DNA from: Octopus vulgaris
Lineage: Eukaryota
Assembly: GCA_951406725.2 (NCBI GenBank)
Contig: OX597830.1
Location: forward strand, 78,430,001 to 78,494,000
DNA: 64,000 nucleotides
Direction of reading: 5' to 3'
Both the position numbers and the translations under genes were made by a program. Shown here in pieces: positions 42,950 to 59,463 of this stretch; within the stretch, counting starts at the first letter, position 1; the number at the start of each line of letters is the position of its first letter. A model generated the notes under the pieces. It was given only the letters and a program-made list of their open reading frames with translations, made no database searches and was not told where the DNA came from.

Positions 42950-43270
42950 ACATTGACACATAGGTGCACATTCATACACACACATAGATATACGTACATG
43001 CATACACACACACACACACATTGACACTTATAGAAGCACATCCATACACACACACAGATGCATACATGCACACACACATTGACACTTATAGAAGCACATC
43101 CATACACACAGATGTATACATACATACATACACACACACACATTACACTTATAGAAGCGCATCCATACACACACACAGATGCATACATGCATACACACAC
43201 ACACATTGACACTGATAGAAGCACATTCATACACACACACAGATGCATACATGCATGCATACATACACAC
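42950..43270. repeat. ~60-bp minisatellite built on (CA)n
   Basis: Repeated ACATTGACACTTATAGAAGCACATCCATACAC unit. Confidence 0.8.
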
Positions 43271-43987
43271 ACACAGAGTGACACTAATAGTCACCCAGAC
43301 GTACACACACATAGGCATACATGCACACACATACACACATTCAAACTTAGAAATATCCAAACACACACATCCACATCCGCCCACACCCAAATCCACATCC
43401 ACACACATATATTCACACATATAGACACATGCATTCACACTCAAAGTTATACATCTACTCATACACTTCTACACACGCATACATACTTATAGACACACAT
43501 ACACACATGCATTCACACACACACACAAACATCCATGTACACTCACACACACACAAGTGCGTACGTATACACAGAGACACAGAGACATTTACACACACGC
43601 ACATAGGATTTCTCTTACACACATAGATACACATTCGCACACTGGCACACACACACACACTAATGAACAGAGACACACATACACTCACACACATACACAC
43701 TCGTACATACCCATCCATTCACACAAAGCCAATGAAGAACGAACGTTTGTCACATAATTTCCCACACCACCACCACCTCCTCCTGTCCCTCCTCCTCCTT
43801 CTCATGTCATCGCTATCACCACCACCATCATCATCGCTATCACCAACATCATCAATATCGTTGCAGTTGTAGTCAACGTCGTTGTCATCATCATCATTGT
43901 CAGCCCCACCCCTCTCTATATCGTGTCCATGCGGTGGTATTTCCAATTGAAAATTTGCTATTTATACCACCATGATACTACTACTAC

Positions 43988-44034
<47 letters not shown>

Positions 44035-44425
44035 ATGGCGGCAGCAGCAGCGTCGACGGCTGCGGCTGTGGCGGAAACTGCCAGCAATAGCAGGAATGGT
44101 TCGCAATTTAAAAGAATTTCATTTGGCAATTATGTAATTTCGGTTTCAGTTTCAGTGCAATATATTTCAGCAAACTATCTTCAGATCGCAGATTCACGTG
44201 AGTGGAAGTTGGTAGAAGGAAACTGTGTTATAAGGACTTTTGGAGATTCACTTAATTTTTGGATGGTATGTTAATCCATCATCCCGTTTAATGCCACCTT
44301 ATTGGCCTTAAGCGTCTTTAATGTTTTCCACTCCACTAGATGTATTCTTCTAATCAATCAGGAGTAAGACTGGGCTTGTTTGCCGAAGTCGGGGTCGTGG
44401 TTTAGAGGAATGTATATTCAATATA

Positions 44426-44612
44426 GGCGCAGGAGTGGCTGTGTAGTAAGTATCTTGCTTTCAAACCACATGGCCCCGTGTTCAGTTCCACTGCGTGGCA
44501 CCTTGGGCAAGTGTCTTCTATTATAGTCTTGGACCATCCAAAGCCTTGTGAGTGGATTTGGTAGACAGAATCTAAAAGAAGCCCGTCGTTTATATATACA
44601 GACACAGACAAA
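44426..44612 (+). mobile_element. SINE family B, 5' half
   Basis: GGCGCAGGAGTGGCTGTG...CACCTTGGGCAAGTGTCTTCT. Confidence 0.85.
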
Positions 44613-44615
44613 TTC

Positions 44616-44685
44616 CACTTCTTTATTATTAGTCAATTGGTTAAATATTTCGATATTTAATCAATTGGCTAATAATAAAGAAGTG
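44616..44685 (+). repeat. 70-bp inverted repeat (33-bp stem, TTCG loop)
   Basis: Arms 44616-44648 and 44653-44685 with two G-T pairs. Confidence 0.9.
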
Positions 44686-45173
44686 AAACTGAGCCTGTGC
44701 GTGTGTTATTATTGGCATAATAACTCTCCCAAGACACAACGAAATATGTTCAACTCACGAATTCACATAAAAAATCAAGGAATATTGGGAACCAAATATA
44801 AAATCGATCTGTGTGTGTGCTTACGTGTGCGTGTGTGTGTGTATCATACAAAACAACACACCTTTATTAACACCAAAACTAGAGCTTCCAAGAACATTTC
44901 AGACCAATTACAACAATATATTTTATCAGCATGAATAAGACTAACAACACAACAATAATTAACGATAATAACAAAAACAATACACAACAATACGACAGCA
45001 ATGAGAATAACAACGGCAACATTTTGTATAACATTATGAATAATTGACGAGGAAGATCAACACACACACATACACACATTAATATACATACACTTGCACT
45101 CATACATACGTACAGACATATATACACACATACGTACATACATATATAGACACACATACATATATACATACAT

Positions 45174-45206
<33 letters not shown>

Positions 45207-45859
45207 TACATACATGCATACATACATACATACATACATACATACATACATACATGCATGCATGCATACATACATACATACATACATACATACGCACACA
45301 CACACATACATACATGTACACATACATACATACATACATACATACATACATACATACATACATACATACATACACACACACACATACATACATGTACACA
45401 TACATACATACATACATACATACATACATACATACATACATACATACATACATACGCACACACGAATTCACTCTCATATACAAATAGATATACACACATA
45501 CCGAAACACATCATCATATGCAAACACGCTGTGCCACACTAGGACACATGCACATACACACACACATACATATACACATACACACATGCACACATTAACA
45601 AAAAAAATGCGTTGAAAGATACTAACACACAGCACACTTGAGCACCTACAAGCACACACACATACACAGTAGTGCCCATACATACAAACAAACAAACACA
45701 CGTACAAGTACGAATATACAAACACACATACACACATATAAATGATAAAAGTTCGCAAATGTTCACACGCAGTGCAAACACGCACGCACGCACGCAGATA
45801 CAACTGTTTTCACATACAGACATACTATAACACACAGTCACGCAAATGCACACACAAAT

Positions 45860-45895
<36 letters not shown>

Positions 45896-47929
45896 AGAAA
45901 ACACACATATGTACGTATGCCACACACAAGCACACATTTACACGCACACACACACACACACACACAGAAACACACATACAACATATGTAATATACCACAC
46001 GCAAGCACACATTTACACGCACGCACACACACACACACACACCTATACACACACACACAAATACGCATTTTGAATGATCTCCATAGTTGTGTAATCAGGA
46101 ATGAAATGTCTCCATTCTTCTAAAATGCGACACACAGACAAACAGACAGACCGACAAACAGGGAAGCGGACAACCACATCTACCGTGACGGCCATCTTGA
46201 AATGACAACCAATATGGCGCTTAATTCAATCATTTAAGCGGTGTTACACTTCTGTCGCGTTTTTATTGAATTGCATTGTGCTTTTGTTGTGGTAGTTGTT
46301 GTTGCTGTTGTTGGCGGTGGCGGTGATGGTAGTGGTAGTGGTTTGTGGTGGTTTTGTTAGTGTTGTTATCGTTTTTGATATTATTGTAGTAGTAGTAGTA
46401 GTAGTTCTTGTTGTTGTTGTTGGTTGTGTTAATGGTGGCGGTGGTGGTGGTGGTGGTGGTGGTGGTGGTAGTGTCGCTTGTTGTTGCTGTGTTTTATTTA
46501 TTTTTTTTGCTTTTCATACTATTATTGTTATTGTTGTTACTATTCAGAGATGACATTTTTTGCTTTTGTTGTTGCTGTTGTTGTGATTGTTATTGTGGTA
46601 GTGGTGGTAGTGGTGATGGTGGTGGTGGTGTTTGTGGTGGTTGTGGTGGATGTGGTGCTGGTGATCGAGAGACTGGTCTTGGGATGATAGTAGTAGTAGC
46701 AGTAGTAGTAGTAGTTGCAGTAGTAGTAGTAGTAGTGGTGGTGGTGGTGGTGGTGGTGATCATGGTGGTGGTGGATGCTGGTGATGATATTGGTGGTATG
46801 GGTAATTGTGATGGAGTTGGTGGCAGTGGTGATAGTGATGTTGATGATGGATGTTATCGTGGAGGTGATGGTGTCGTTGTTGATTTTGTTAATACGTTGT
46901 TTTTGTCGTTGATTTCCTTTTTTTTACTACATTTGTAATTATTGTTGTTCTTTATGTTGTATTTAATACTTATTACTCTCGTTGTCTTTCTTGTTGTTGC
47001 TGCTGCTGCTATTTCTGCTCCTGCTGCTGCTGTGTTGCTAGTGGTGACATTGTTGTTGGCTTTGCAGTCGCTGTCGCGGCTACTTACGTCGTTGTATTTA
47101 TGGTTGTTGATGCTATTGTTGTTGTTATTGTTGTTATTGTTGTTGTTGCTGTTGATGTTGTTGTTCTTATTGTTGATGTTGTTGTTGACGTTCCTTTCAT
47201 TATAGTTTCTATCTTAGCTGTGGTTCTTTTCTTATCGTAGTTGCTTCTGTTGTTGTGGCGGCTGCTGCCACTGCCACTACTGCTGTTGCTGCCGTTGTCG
47301 CTACTGCTGTTGATGAGCATCATTATTGTTGTACTAATTTAAAAAACAAAAACAAAATTAAGACACAGCCGTCACTGGCAAGTGAGTATGAACTGGTAAC
47401 ATATACCATGCTTTCGTTAATTGCTTTACATCTCCGTGTAATCACGAGCAGTGATCCACACCCTCTCGACCCTTTCACCCGTGAACAGCGGAACGTCAGA
47501 CATGTGACAACTGGAGGAGAGAGAAAGAAGTGGGGAGGGTGCACCAGTCCCGGTCAGTTTCTCATTTTCGGCTGAATATTTAAGAATGATTTGAAGTGTC
47601 TGTGGGATGGACGGCTTGCTATAAACAAATATATATAAGCATATATCTATATACATATATCTATAATAGAAATATGTTACAAAAAGAAAATAGAAACTAC
47701 ACGTGGTAATGTAAGGGGAAAGTAAGAAAAATCAACGAAAATACGCATTGTAAATAAAAAAAGTAACGGCTTTTTATGAAAGGTAACGACATCTATATAC
47801 AATTAGATGAACTGAGGTAGGAATAATAGTGATAAAAGTCATAAAAGTCATTATTATGAGATTATTAAAGAGATTCAAGCATACCACGGTTTCGTAAGAT
47901 ACTATTCATTGCTTTGAATTCTCACAGGG

Positions 47930-48148
47930 AAAGATTTAAAATAAGCAAATGTGGAAAAGGAGACTACAAAATAAAGTGACGACTGTAAGACAAGATCTGA
48001 GTAGAATAGATGCATGGAAACTGAACAAGTTAGGAAAAACAAGATGCAAATCTTCCTTTGAGAAAAGATAATTAGTCAAAGAGAAAGGGTTTGGGACAGT
48101 AATAGAAGAGTTGAAACAGCGTATCATTGCAGTAGCAGGCAAGCTCTC
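47930..48148 (+). mobile_element. R4/Dong-like LINE pre-RT remnant
   Basis: KEKGFGTVIEELKQRIIAVAGKL is similar to RDKGYDVILEELKQGEVAIKAKL in the minus-strand copy at 2228-2539. Confidence 0.6.
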
Positions 48149-48150
48149 CA

Positions 48151-48230
48151 CGGATAGTCATGATGGGTATACTGGGCTTCGTATATTTTACCCCAGTGTC
48201 ACTTTGATGGCATGCTCTGCTCGCTCACTC
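48151..48230 (+). mobile_element. 557-bp family, 3' end only
   Basis: Same terminal 80 bp followed by (AAT)n. Confidence 0.8.
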
Positions 48231-48303
<73 letters not shown>

Positions 48304-49234
48304 GTGATAATAATAATATCTGAGAAGCTATCAGGTGTGTAATCAAGGAAATGTCGAGGTGTAGAATTGCGGAGGGTAACATCTTCAATAATACGTAAAA
48401 ATAGTTAAGGCATAAAATATAGATATAGTGGCCTGTAACGCTATAAACCAATAACTAAATATTTTTACAAACTACAGAATGTCAGGATATAGGCTAATAC
48501 ATTATCTCTTACAAATGTAAGATCAAATTATCGTTAACCATGGATAGGAAATTATTCATTGGCATTGATCTAAGTTATAAAGTTTGTTAGTTTAGATATA
48601 ATAATTAATTGTAAGGTTAGCTACGGCTAGCATATAGAAATGGTTGATATTTGAGTTGCTGGTATCTTATAATCAATGCATCACGTTGATTAAGAATATT
48701 CGATTTAAATTTATCCTAAAGCTGCTCAGACCGCATGTTTTTATGGTTGTCTTGCGTACGATATACCAAGCAATTTATATTAACTGCTATTATCAAGGAG
48801 GGAGTGTACAAATATAGCTAGAAATGTACTATTAACCTGATCTTTATGTCTAAATGTAGATTTGTGATTATTCCAGCGAAGTTTGAATGAGGAAGAGGAC
48901 GCATGAACATGTTCTTTACCAGGAGCAAGACAGAACACTTATACATAATATTTTTTTAAGGTACTGGTTAATAATTGGACACAGTGATTTTTCACGTAAG
49001 CAAGGTTAGTCTGATTATTAGTAGGTCTTATGGGCCCAGCTCGATAATCAATAATTGTTCTTATATTAGAATCAGTTACACCAATATGTTGATTATTTGC
49101 AGTAAATATTGCATTACATGGATGTATCTATTACTTATATATGTATGTATGTATGTGTGTGTGTATATATATATATACGTATATGAATATATGCGAATAT
49201 GCATACATACATATATATATATATATACATATAC

Positions 49235-49275
<41 letters not shown>

Positions 49276-52200
49276 TCACGCACAGTGATTCCTTGATATA
49301 AGACTTGTAGTAGGGCAGGAACAGTATGGCAGTGTCTCATGAATCACTTGTTAATAATATTTATTCTCTTTGTTTAACACAGTTTTGAGTCTTTCACTTC
49401 TATTTATAAACTAGTCCTTGCGATATATAAAATACCAAATGACTCTCCTAAAATATATGACATCACCAGTTAAAAAATCACAATTAAAAAGTCACAGAGA
49501 ATAGTCTCCATCTTGCTTTATGTTTAAGAGGTCTTTATTCTCTACAGTTTAGATATCAAGATTACATTTCTAACATCTGGGAAGCTTTCGATTGCTCGCA
49601 ACACCTCACGGACTGGATGCTGAGTAATGATGATGGAGACAACGGCTGAAGCGTTTTGAAGTAAGAGGGCTAGTAGGGGTTAACTTGTAGAAACCTTTGG
49701 TCATGTAGTGGCAGAGTTAACTGTCCAACGAAACTGTCCTATATGTGTCCGGTCTGTGGTGGAGGGTTGACATTGCAGCAATGATGATGATGATGACGAC
49801 GATGATGATGATGGTGATAATGAGGTTGATGATGATAATGACGACGATGATAATGACGACGACGAGGAATATGATGATGATGATGATGATGATAATGGCA
49901 GTTGCGATAATAGTGCTGATAATGATGCTGCTAATGATAATATTTATGGTTTCTATTTATTAACGATAATGACTGCGGTGGTGGTGATGGTGATGGTGGT
50001 GGTCGTGATGGTGGTGGTGGTGGTGGTGGTGTTAACGACGATGGACGATGATGGTGATGACGATGACAACAATGATGATGATGGTAATGCTTCTGATGCT
50101 GCTACTGCTGCTAGTGTCGCTGCTGCTGCAGATGATGATGGCAATGATGATGATGATGGTGGTGACTGTAAGTAAATGTTTTGAGCGTATGAGGAGTACA
50201 ATTCACACAACAAAAGTAGATATAGCGGTGGTTGTGGCGGCGGGCGTGGTGGTAGTGGTGGTAGTGTTGTAGGGGGTGCCAGTTGGCATGAGGGAGGGGG
50301 TGTTGTCAGGCAGCAGGTGTAGGGTGGGGAGTCAGAATGATTGATGATGATAGTTGTGTTGATTGATCGGGATAACGATGTTTTGCTATTGTTGTTGCTA
50401 TTGTTAGTGTTACCGATAATGCTGACCATGATGACGATGGTGATGGTGAGGAGGAGGAGGAGGATGAAGACGGTGATGGTGGTGGTGGTGGTGGTGGTGA
50501 TGATGATGATGATTGATGGAGTTCCAGTTCATGATTCTGATGTTTATAACCATGATGACGGTGATGATGATGATGACGACGATGATGATGACGATGACGA
50601 CGACGATGATGATCATCATCATCATTATCACGGTGACGACGTTAGCAGTGATGGTGGTGGTGGTGGTGGTGGTGGTGTGGTGGTGATGATACACGATGAT
50701 GAATAGAAAGGGGAGGAGAAAGAGAAGAGGGGAGAACTATAACTAAGATGACGCGGGTAATTACTGGTTGATGGCTGTTTGGCAGCGGTCATCATAATGG
50801 TCACAATGCTGATGACGACGATGATGACAATGATGAGGATGATGATGACGGCGACGACGAACGACGATGATGATGATGACGATGATGATGATGATGATGA
50901 TGATGAGTAAGAGTATGAGGAGAAGGACGAAGTGGAGGAGGAAGAGGAGGGAGAAGAGAGTTGTGTTGGTGGGGGCGGAGGATAGTGAGAACGGTGATTA
51001 TGGTGATCGTGATGATATAGCAACGGATGCGAAATATTGTAGTCGTCAGCATCGTGAAAATCTTGAAGGCGGTTGTGGCTGATGAGGATGCTGACGACGG
51101 CGACGATGATGTCGAGGAGGAGGAGGAGAAAGAAGCGAAGGAGAATGACAATGTTGAGAATGACTACCTTTGTCTAATGGCATATGCTCGTCCTTGTCTG
51201 CCAAAGAGCATGACCTCCATCTATATCTAAAACAAAACCACCACTACCACCATTACCACAACCACCACTACAATTACAAAGGACCCATCAAAAAAGAACT
51301 AACATGACCACCACCAACACCCCAACTGCCGCCGTTGCAATGACCACTTCTACTAGAAACAGTAACACTAAAAAAAAATCCCACCGCCACCACTATCACC
51401 ACGACCGACAACCTCATCGTTATCGAAACCGCCATCATCATTATCGTTATCATCATCAGCAGCAGCAGCAGCAACAACAGCAGCAAGAGCAACAGCAACA
51501 TCTTCATAATCATCGTCGTTGTTGTCGTCATCACTATAATCATGATAATCATCATCATAATCATCAACTTCATCATCCCCAATCATCATCATCATCATCG
51601 TCTTTATCTTCATTATCATCATCATCTTCATCATCATCTTCATCATCATCAGCAGCAGCACCACCACCACCACCACCATCATCATCATCGTCACCATTAT
51701 CATCGTCTTCCTCCTCGTCGTCATCATCACCGTCGTCGTCGTTATCATCATCTTCAACATCACCGTCATCATTGTGATCGTCATCCTCCACATCATCATC
51801 ATCATCAACATCGTCGTCGTCGTCATCGTTGTTGTCATCCTCCTCCTCCTCATCATCATCATCATCATCATTACCATCATCATCGTTATCGTCACTCTCA
51901 TAATCATCGTCATCATCATCATCATCATCATCACTAATACTATCACCCCCACTGCCCTTACTACTACCACTACCAGCAGAGGTCACCAAAGCCATTATCA
52001 TTGACATGAATATTAACCGTAAATATTATCAGCAGCATGACCTACACTATCACAACCGCTACCACCACAATAACCATATGCACCGTCATTATCATCAAGA
52101 GTGGCAGCAACAGCAACGGCACACTCGCCACCACCACCACGACCAACACCAATTTACACTACACCTCCTTCACCAGCATCGAGGTGATTACAACAATAAT

Positions 52201-52329
52201 GAAATAATATTATTTAACAACCAACTTTGATGCAATGCTTCCAACACTGCAAAAATTTACTGTTCACAATACGAACAACAATAATAATTATGGTTTCAAA
52301 TGTTTGTACAAGGTTTACAATTTCGAGCG

Positions 52330-52492
52330 AAGTCGATTACATCGACCCCAGTACTCAACTGGTACTTATTTTATCGACACCGAAAGGTTGAAAGACGAAG
52401 TTGACCTCGACGGGGTTTGAACACAGAACGTTCAAAGTCGGACGACAAAATACCGCTAAGCATTTTGCAAACGATTCTACCAGCTCACCGCC
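52330..52492 (-). mobile_element. SINE family A, diverged
   Basis: GTCGATTACATCGACCCCAGTACTCAACTGGTACTT...CAGCTCACCGCC. Confidence 0.75.
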
Positions 52493-52513
52493 TTTATACA
52501 ATAATAATAATAA

Positions 52514-52556
<43 letters not shown>

Positions 52557-52560
52557 TGAT

Positions 52561-52631
<71 letters not shown>

Positions 52632-52650
52632 TAATAATAATAATAACAAT

Positions 52651-52912
52651 AAATGCCCTGATGCAGTACTAGGCAGTGGCTCTCATGGCTTCTGATCTTA
52701 ACTGATTGGAAGTGTTATCATGTACATTGTTTTGTCTTGGTATAAAAGATGGGCTAAAGCAAATATTCTGCTCAATACCACAGATTTGTTTGTCAGTTGT
52801 TTGACCATAACCAGTTGACCATGTCCCTTAGTGGCTGACGATATGTGTATCTTTGATCCCGAGCAGTAGTAGTGGCGAAGCATCATAGCCATGTGTTGAG
52901 AGGGATTCTTTG
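52651..52912 (+). mobile_element. 557-bp family, 5' half
   Basis: AAATGCCCTGATGCAG start after (AAT)n. Confidence 0.8.
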
Positions 52913-52914
52913 CA

Positions 52915-53225
52915 ACAGTCTAAGACAGTTATGACTGATTCTCCTAAAAAAAGTCACAAAACTTCTGGAATGCACATTGCATGTCAATACCATCTAACAA
53001 AAATGTGCCTGCCACGGAATATGTTAAACTTGCTAAATATATAGACCTACAAATCGAAATTAGCAGGATATGGCACCCGAAGACGGAAATAATACCAATT
53101 GTGATAAGGACATTAAGGGGTCGTAAATAGTGGCTTCTTTGAAAAAATCCCGAGAAAACCTAGCCTACACGATATTCCAAATATAAAACAGCTCACACTC
53201 TACGAAGGTTCTTGTCCTTGTAATC
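52915..53225 (+). mobile_element. R4/Dong-like LINE restriction-like endonuclease remnant
   Basis: KYIDLQIEISRIW..TEIIPIVI matches the KYxDL..E...W...PIVIG pattern of RLE domains. Confidence 0.65.
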
Positions 53226-53651
53226 TATATTCTGAAAACCTTGTTCTGTCTTCTACTAAAGCCAAGAGTGAAAAGCCAAAAAGACCGAAAACTGTGTCGG
53301 AGAATAGCAATGCATTACAATGCCTGTCCTAGGTTACCGTTTGTCGATTTGTAGAGGGCTAAATATGCCGAGCAGTGGTACTGAACCCAAATGCGCGTGC
53401 TTACGAGGCGAGCATCTTAACCACATTGCTAAGTTTAAAGACTTTCACTTGTTCACTTTTCTTCTCTGCAATTACAGTTTTGTTCCACATTTAAATACTT
53501 CTTAAACCTATATTTTTCTTTTCTCCTTTTCTTATACCTAACGATTTGTTGACTTCTCAACCAATTCCCTCTGGACGTTATGGTTCTTAACTTACCAAAA
53601 TACAAAATTCCAAACTAATTCAGTGAGTTTCAGTTAGTCATTGGAAATGCA

Positions 53652-53738
<87 letters not shown>

Positions 53739-53879
53739 GTAAGCGTGTGTTTTATATTTTAATTTCACGAATGCGCATTGTTTGTTTTGGATTTTGTCGA
53801 CTACACAGTATAGTAGGGTCACTTGGGCACTGTCTGTGAGAAAAACACCACCATGATGCAATTCGTTCTACCAGAAATT

Positions 53880-54603
53880 TAGAAACGACACACTGTACTT
53901 CTTGGCATTCGGACTAGAAGCTCTAATACGAATATTTACGAGTGTTTCGGTGTCAATCTGAGGACAGTGCAATCTGGGGACATGTACCGAGAGTGATAAA
54001 AGTCAAACATCAAGTCAATATCAGGGTGTCTAGAGTGATCACTAATGATGGTGATGTTATTCTTCCATTCATCTTCCCATACAGCCTCAGATTTAACACG
54101 GAGGCCTATATCATGTGCCTGGAGGAGGTACTGCTGCCCTGAGTGAAGAGGTTGACTGCTGTCAGGCCCTATATCTGGCAACAGGACTCCGCACCAAGCC
54201 ACACAAGCAGGAGAGCCCAGTCATGGCTGTCAGACAATTCCTGCGGCCGCATCACCCGTAAGATCTGGTCACCTAACTCTCCAGACTACAACCCCCTTGA
54301 TTATGCGTGAGGCGCAGTTGAGTAAGAGACCAAGAAAACTCCTTGTAACATCAAAAATGAACTGAAGGCAAGGATTATGGCAGCATTCACCAACTTAAAC
54401 AATGAGACCGTCCAGAAGACTTGCAAGAGATTCCGAAGTCGCCTGGAGGCCGTGGTTCAAATCAAAGCCGATTTTATTGAATAAATTTACTCTTTGCTAT
54501 TTCAATATATTCTTGCGTAATTTTGTTAAATATATCTGTTAAAATGAGATGTCAGTGACGTTGTCATTTTTGATTATTTAGACAGTTTATTCGCCGCACC
54601 CTG
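53880..54603 (+). mobile_element. DD37D (maT-type) Tc1/mariner transposase remnant with right TIR
   Basis: WQQDSAPSH...IWSPNSPDYNPLDY with exactly 37 residues between D (54185) and D (54299); in-frame stops; ends CGCCGCACCCTG|TA. Confidence 0.88.
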
Positions 54604-54627
54604 TATGGACATGTGTATGCATGCATG

Positions 54628-54691
<64 letters not shown>

Positions 54692-55200
54692 CCATTAAAA
54701 CAAGTTTAACTTTGACGTAAGCAGTAAATAGCTTTATTCTATGTATTTGTACATATGAAAATTTAAAAACACACTAGTTACTCGCGCGCGCGCAAACACG
54801 TATATAAATATGTGTGTGCGTGCGTGCATGTATGTATGTACGTATGTGACTGGAATTATATGTACAAAGCAGATGTAAGAGTGCTACTGTTATGTTTAGA
54901 CCTCCACGTAGATTTTCATAAGACTGCTTTTTTTTTATTCGTAGCTGTTAATTAACTACTATACTGAGTAATATTACCAGTTATATACTTGGTGTGGCAT
55001 GGGTAGATGTGGGAAAAATAACGATAAAGTCGCTTTCACCATTATGTTTGTCTGGAGCCTGCGACAGATCTTCAAAATGCGTATGGATGATGAACCAGAA
55101 CGGATCCTCGGGGAACATATTATTGCCTTAGGTCGCAGATAATTATGGACATATACACATATAATACATATATATAAAGGCGTGTGTATATTTATATACA

Positions 55201-55497
<297 letters not shown>

Positions 55498-55937
55498 CCA
55501 CACACATATATAGATATTCACTGAAATTTAACACTAGTAAGAATTTAATATTGCTAACCTAACTGTAATAATGCTTTTCAGGAGAATATACTATTCGTTT
55601 TGGAGAGGAAAAAATAAACCTTTACTAGTTACGCATATAAATATCATAATTGGCATTTCTTCGTTTCACTTGCCATTTATCAAAGTTAACCAACCGCCTG
55701 TTTGTTGCTTAACCAATTCCCTGTGGGTGCCAGGCTTTTTTAATTTTACCAAAAATCTGTGACATGAGAAACAGTTCAAAGATGGTCGTTTGTTTTGAAA
55801 ACGCCTCTATAGAATTATAGACAGAAAGAGAAAGAGTAAACACACGAGATAAGAAAACAACCCTGGTGTTTACTAATATACATATACACATACATACATA
55901 CATATATATATATACATATATATCATATATGTATGTA

Positions 55938-55982
<45 letters not shown>

Positions 55983-56029
55983 ATATATATATGTATATAT
56001 ATATATGTATATATATATGTATATATTTA

Positions 56030-56260
56030 TATTTCTTTACTACCTACAAGGGGCTATACATAGAGGGGACAAACAAGGACAGACAAAGGGATTAAGTCGA
56101 TTACATAGACCCCAGTGCGAAACTGGTACTTTATTTATCGACCCAGAAAGGATGAAAGGCAAAGTCGACCTCGGCGGAATTTGAACTCGGAACGTAACGG
56201 CAGACGAAATACGGCTACGCATTTCGCCCGACGTGCTAACGTTTCTGCCAGCTCGCCGCC
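56030..56260 (-). mobile_element. SINE family A
   Basis: Reverse complement of the family A consensus. Confidence 0.9.
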
Positions 56261-57132
56261 TTATAATGTATATATATATGTATAAATGTATATGCATATA
56301 TATATCTACGTGTGTGTGCTTGTGTGTGTGTGTATATATATATGGTGTACTTCAGGAAGACCCTTTATTTCACGAAGTTCCAGTTCACACAGTCTGCAAA
56401 AGGGAGTAGTACCCGTGATTCAAAGGACCAACTTTGTCACATTTCACGATCTGGCCATTCTGTTGATCGGGTCAACTGGAAACTTTGTGGTGTACATGCA
56501 TACATGTATACATACATGTATATATATATATATATATAGATGTATATATGCACTTTTATGCATATATTTACATGTGTATGTATATTTGCGTGCGTTTGTG
56601 TGTATGTTACTCACTGTGTCTGTCTTTGCCTTCATTTGTTCGACTCAACACTTGAAGGTAGTGCTCCAGCTTCACCGCTCTCCAGTAACTGAAGCAACAA
56701 ATGGATAACAGATAAAATATAATACACACACAAATTTTCTCTCTACCTCTCTAACACACACGCAAACACACACACATGCATAGTTTATTGGTTTCAGTTA
56801 GTTATCAGCAGCCATACTGGCTGTCATTACCTTGTGCCTCATAGACAATTAAATCAACTTTACCGGTTTTAACTTTAACGATTGATACTCTTTATATTTT
56901 ATCATCCTCGAAAGTACGAAAGACACAATTACTTGACCTTGGGGGAATTTGAATCGAGAACAGAAAAGGATGTCATTAACAAACGAGCCTACCAAACTTA
57001 AATTTAGTAAGATTTTTATTAAATAATGTAACTTCAAGAGAATATGTTTCTTTCGTTTGTCTCTTCACTTGTATATATGCGTGTGTGTGTCTCTGTGTGT
57101 GTCTGTATCTATGTGTGTGTGTCTGCGTATAC

Positions 57133-57202
<70 letters not shown>

Positions 57203-57976
57203 ATAGATAAATAGATAGATAAGATATATAGATGTATGTATAATGATACTTGGCTAACCAGAAGATGCATTTAGTATTAATCTCTATTTTGTACAAATGA
57301 TCGTTTCGATCCATCCTGCTACTGTCCCTTATGAGTGGGAGTCCGTTGAACATGTGTTGCGTTCATTTTGCAGTTTGGGTCACGTCAAGTACATCCATAA
57401 ACAAAGTGGTGTCTCGCTAAAGATCCTGAGTTTAGGGTGTCATGTTGTTATATGCCCGTCTAGTTAGAGCAACGGATTAATCGACGTATGCCCATTAGTA
57501 CAAAACATTATGTATATATCTTTCATCTTTTACCGTCTACTGGTTTCAGCCAGCGGCGGAGTCCATGCTGGAGTACCTCATATATATATACAGATATAGA
57601 TATAGATAGATAGATTGATGATAGACACATACATATATACATACATACATACATACATACATACATACATACATACATACATACATGCATGCATGCATAC
57701 ATAAATACATACACACATACATACATACATACATAGATACATACATGCATGCATACATACGTACATACATGCATACATAAATACATACATACATACATAC
57801 ATACATATGGGTGTATGAATATATATATACACATATATCAATGTATGTGTGTCTATATATACACATAAACATACATAAATATATGTGAGTATGTATATGA
57901 ATCTACATGTTGGAGTATGTATTAATATGTTTGTGTATGTGTATGAATGTATCAGGGGCAGACGAAACTAACACAA

Positions 57977-58021
<45 letters not shown>

Positions 58022-58846
58022 GTATGTGTGTATGTATGTATGAATGTATGTATGTATGTATACATATATACACGCAGACACACACTCATATATACATAAA
58101 TACATATATAGGCACACACAAGTACAGGCGTTTGTTTGTATATCATTATTTGGAATTTTAGTATTGGAAAGAAACCCAATGATCTGCTTTCTAGTTGCTC
58201 AACCAATTCCCATTGGATGTGGTTCTTAGTTTTACCAAAACATGAAAAATACGATTCACTTCAGAGAATCTAAGTTGCTTTTCGGAAAAAGTATGAGCTT
58301 CCAAAACCAAAACCAGAACAAAACAAAAAAACTAATAACAACAAACAAATATATATATAGAATTAATATTTGAACCAAAATTTGGGGTAGAACTTGTTGC
58401 TTTGGTAACGAACGTCGTTGGATCTTGGTAAAAAAAAATAAAATAAAATATGTTGAAATGAGTCTGAGTTAAACGGGTAGATGAAGGTGGAGAGGTGAGT
58501 GTTAGGAAGGGGGGAAGTTAATGCTATACTGGCGGTGAGGGTGGTGCTGCCGGTGTTGGGTGGGGTGCGGTTACGGCTAGAATGACATTGATTGAAATGT
58601 AATTAATGACAACGGTAAAAGGTTATTGGAGCAGATAATGGAACCAGGAAGAAAATAAGTAAGATAAAATAAAATGAAAAATAAATTAACGACAATGCTG
58701 ACGGCGACCACTACGACGTCGGGATGACGACGGCTAGCAGCAAATAGGGAGAAAACGGAAAGTATATTTGAAAAAATGGAAAAGGTGGTTGGACTAACGA
58801 AAACGGTGTCACATAGATTGGGTTTTTCTTGTGCTCTTTGGAAGAA

Positions 58847-59463
<617 letters not shown>

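Noticed and set aside
50337-50520. Additional TGATTGAT Pbx-Hox-like sites
   Set aside because: Embedded in or next to (GAT)n repeats, so expected by chance
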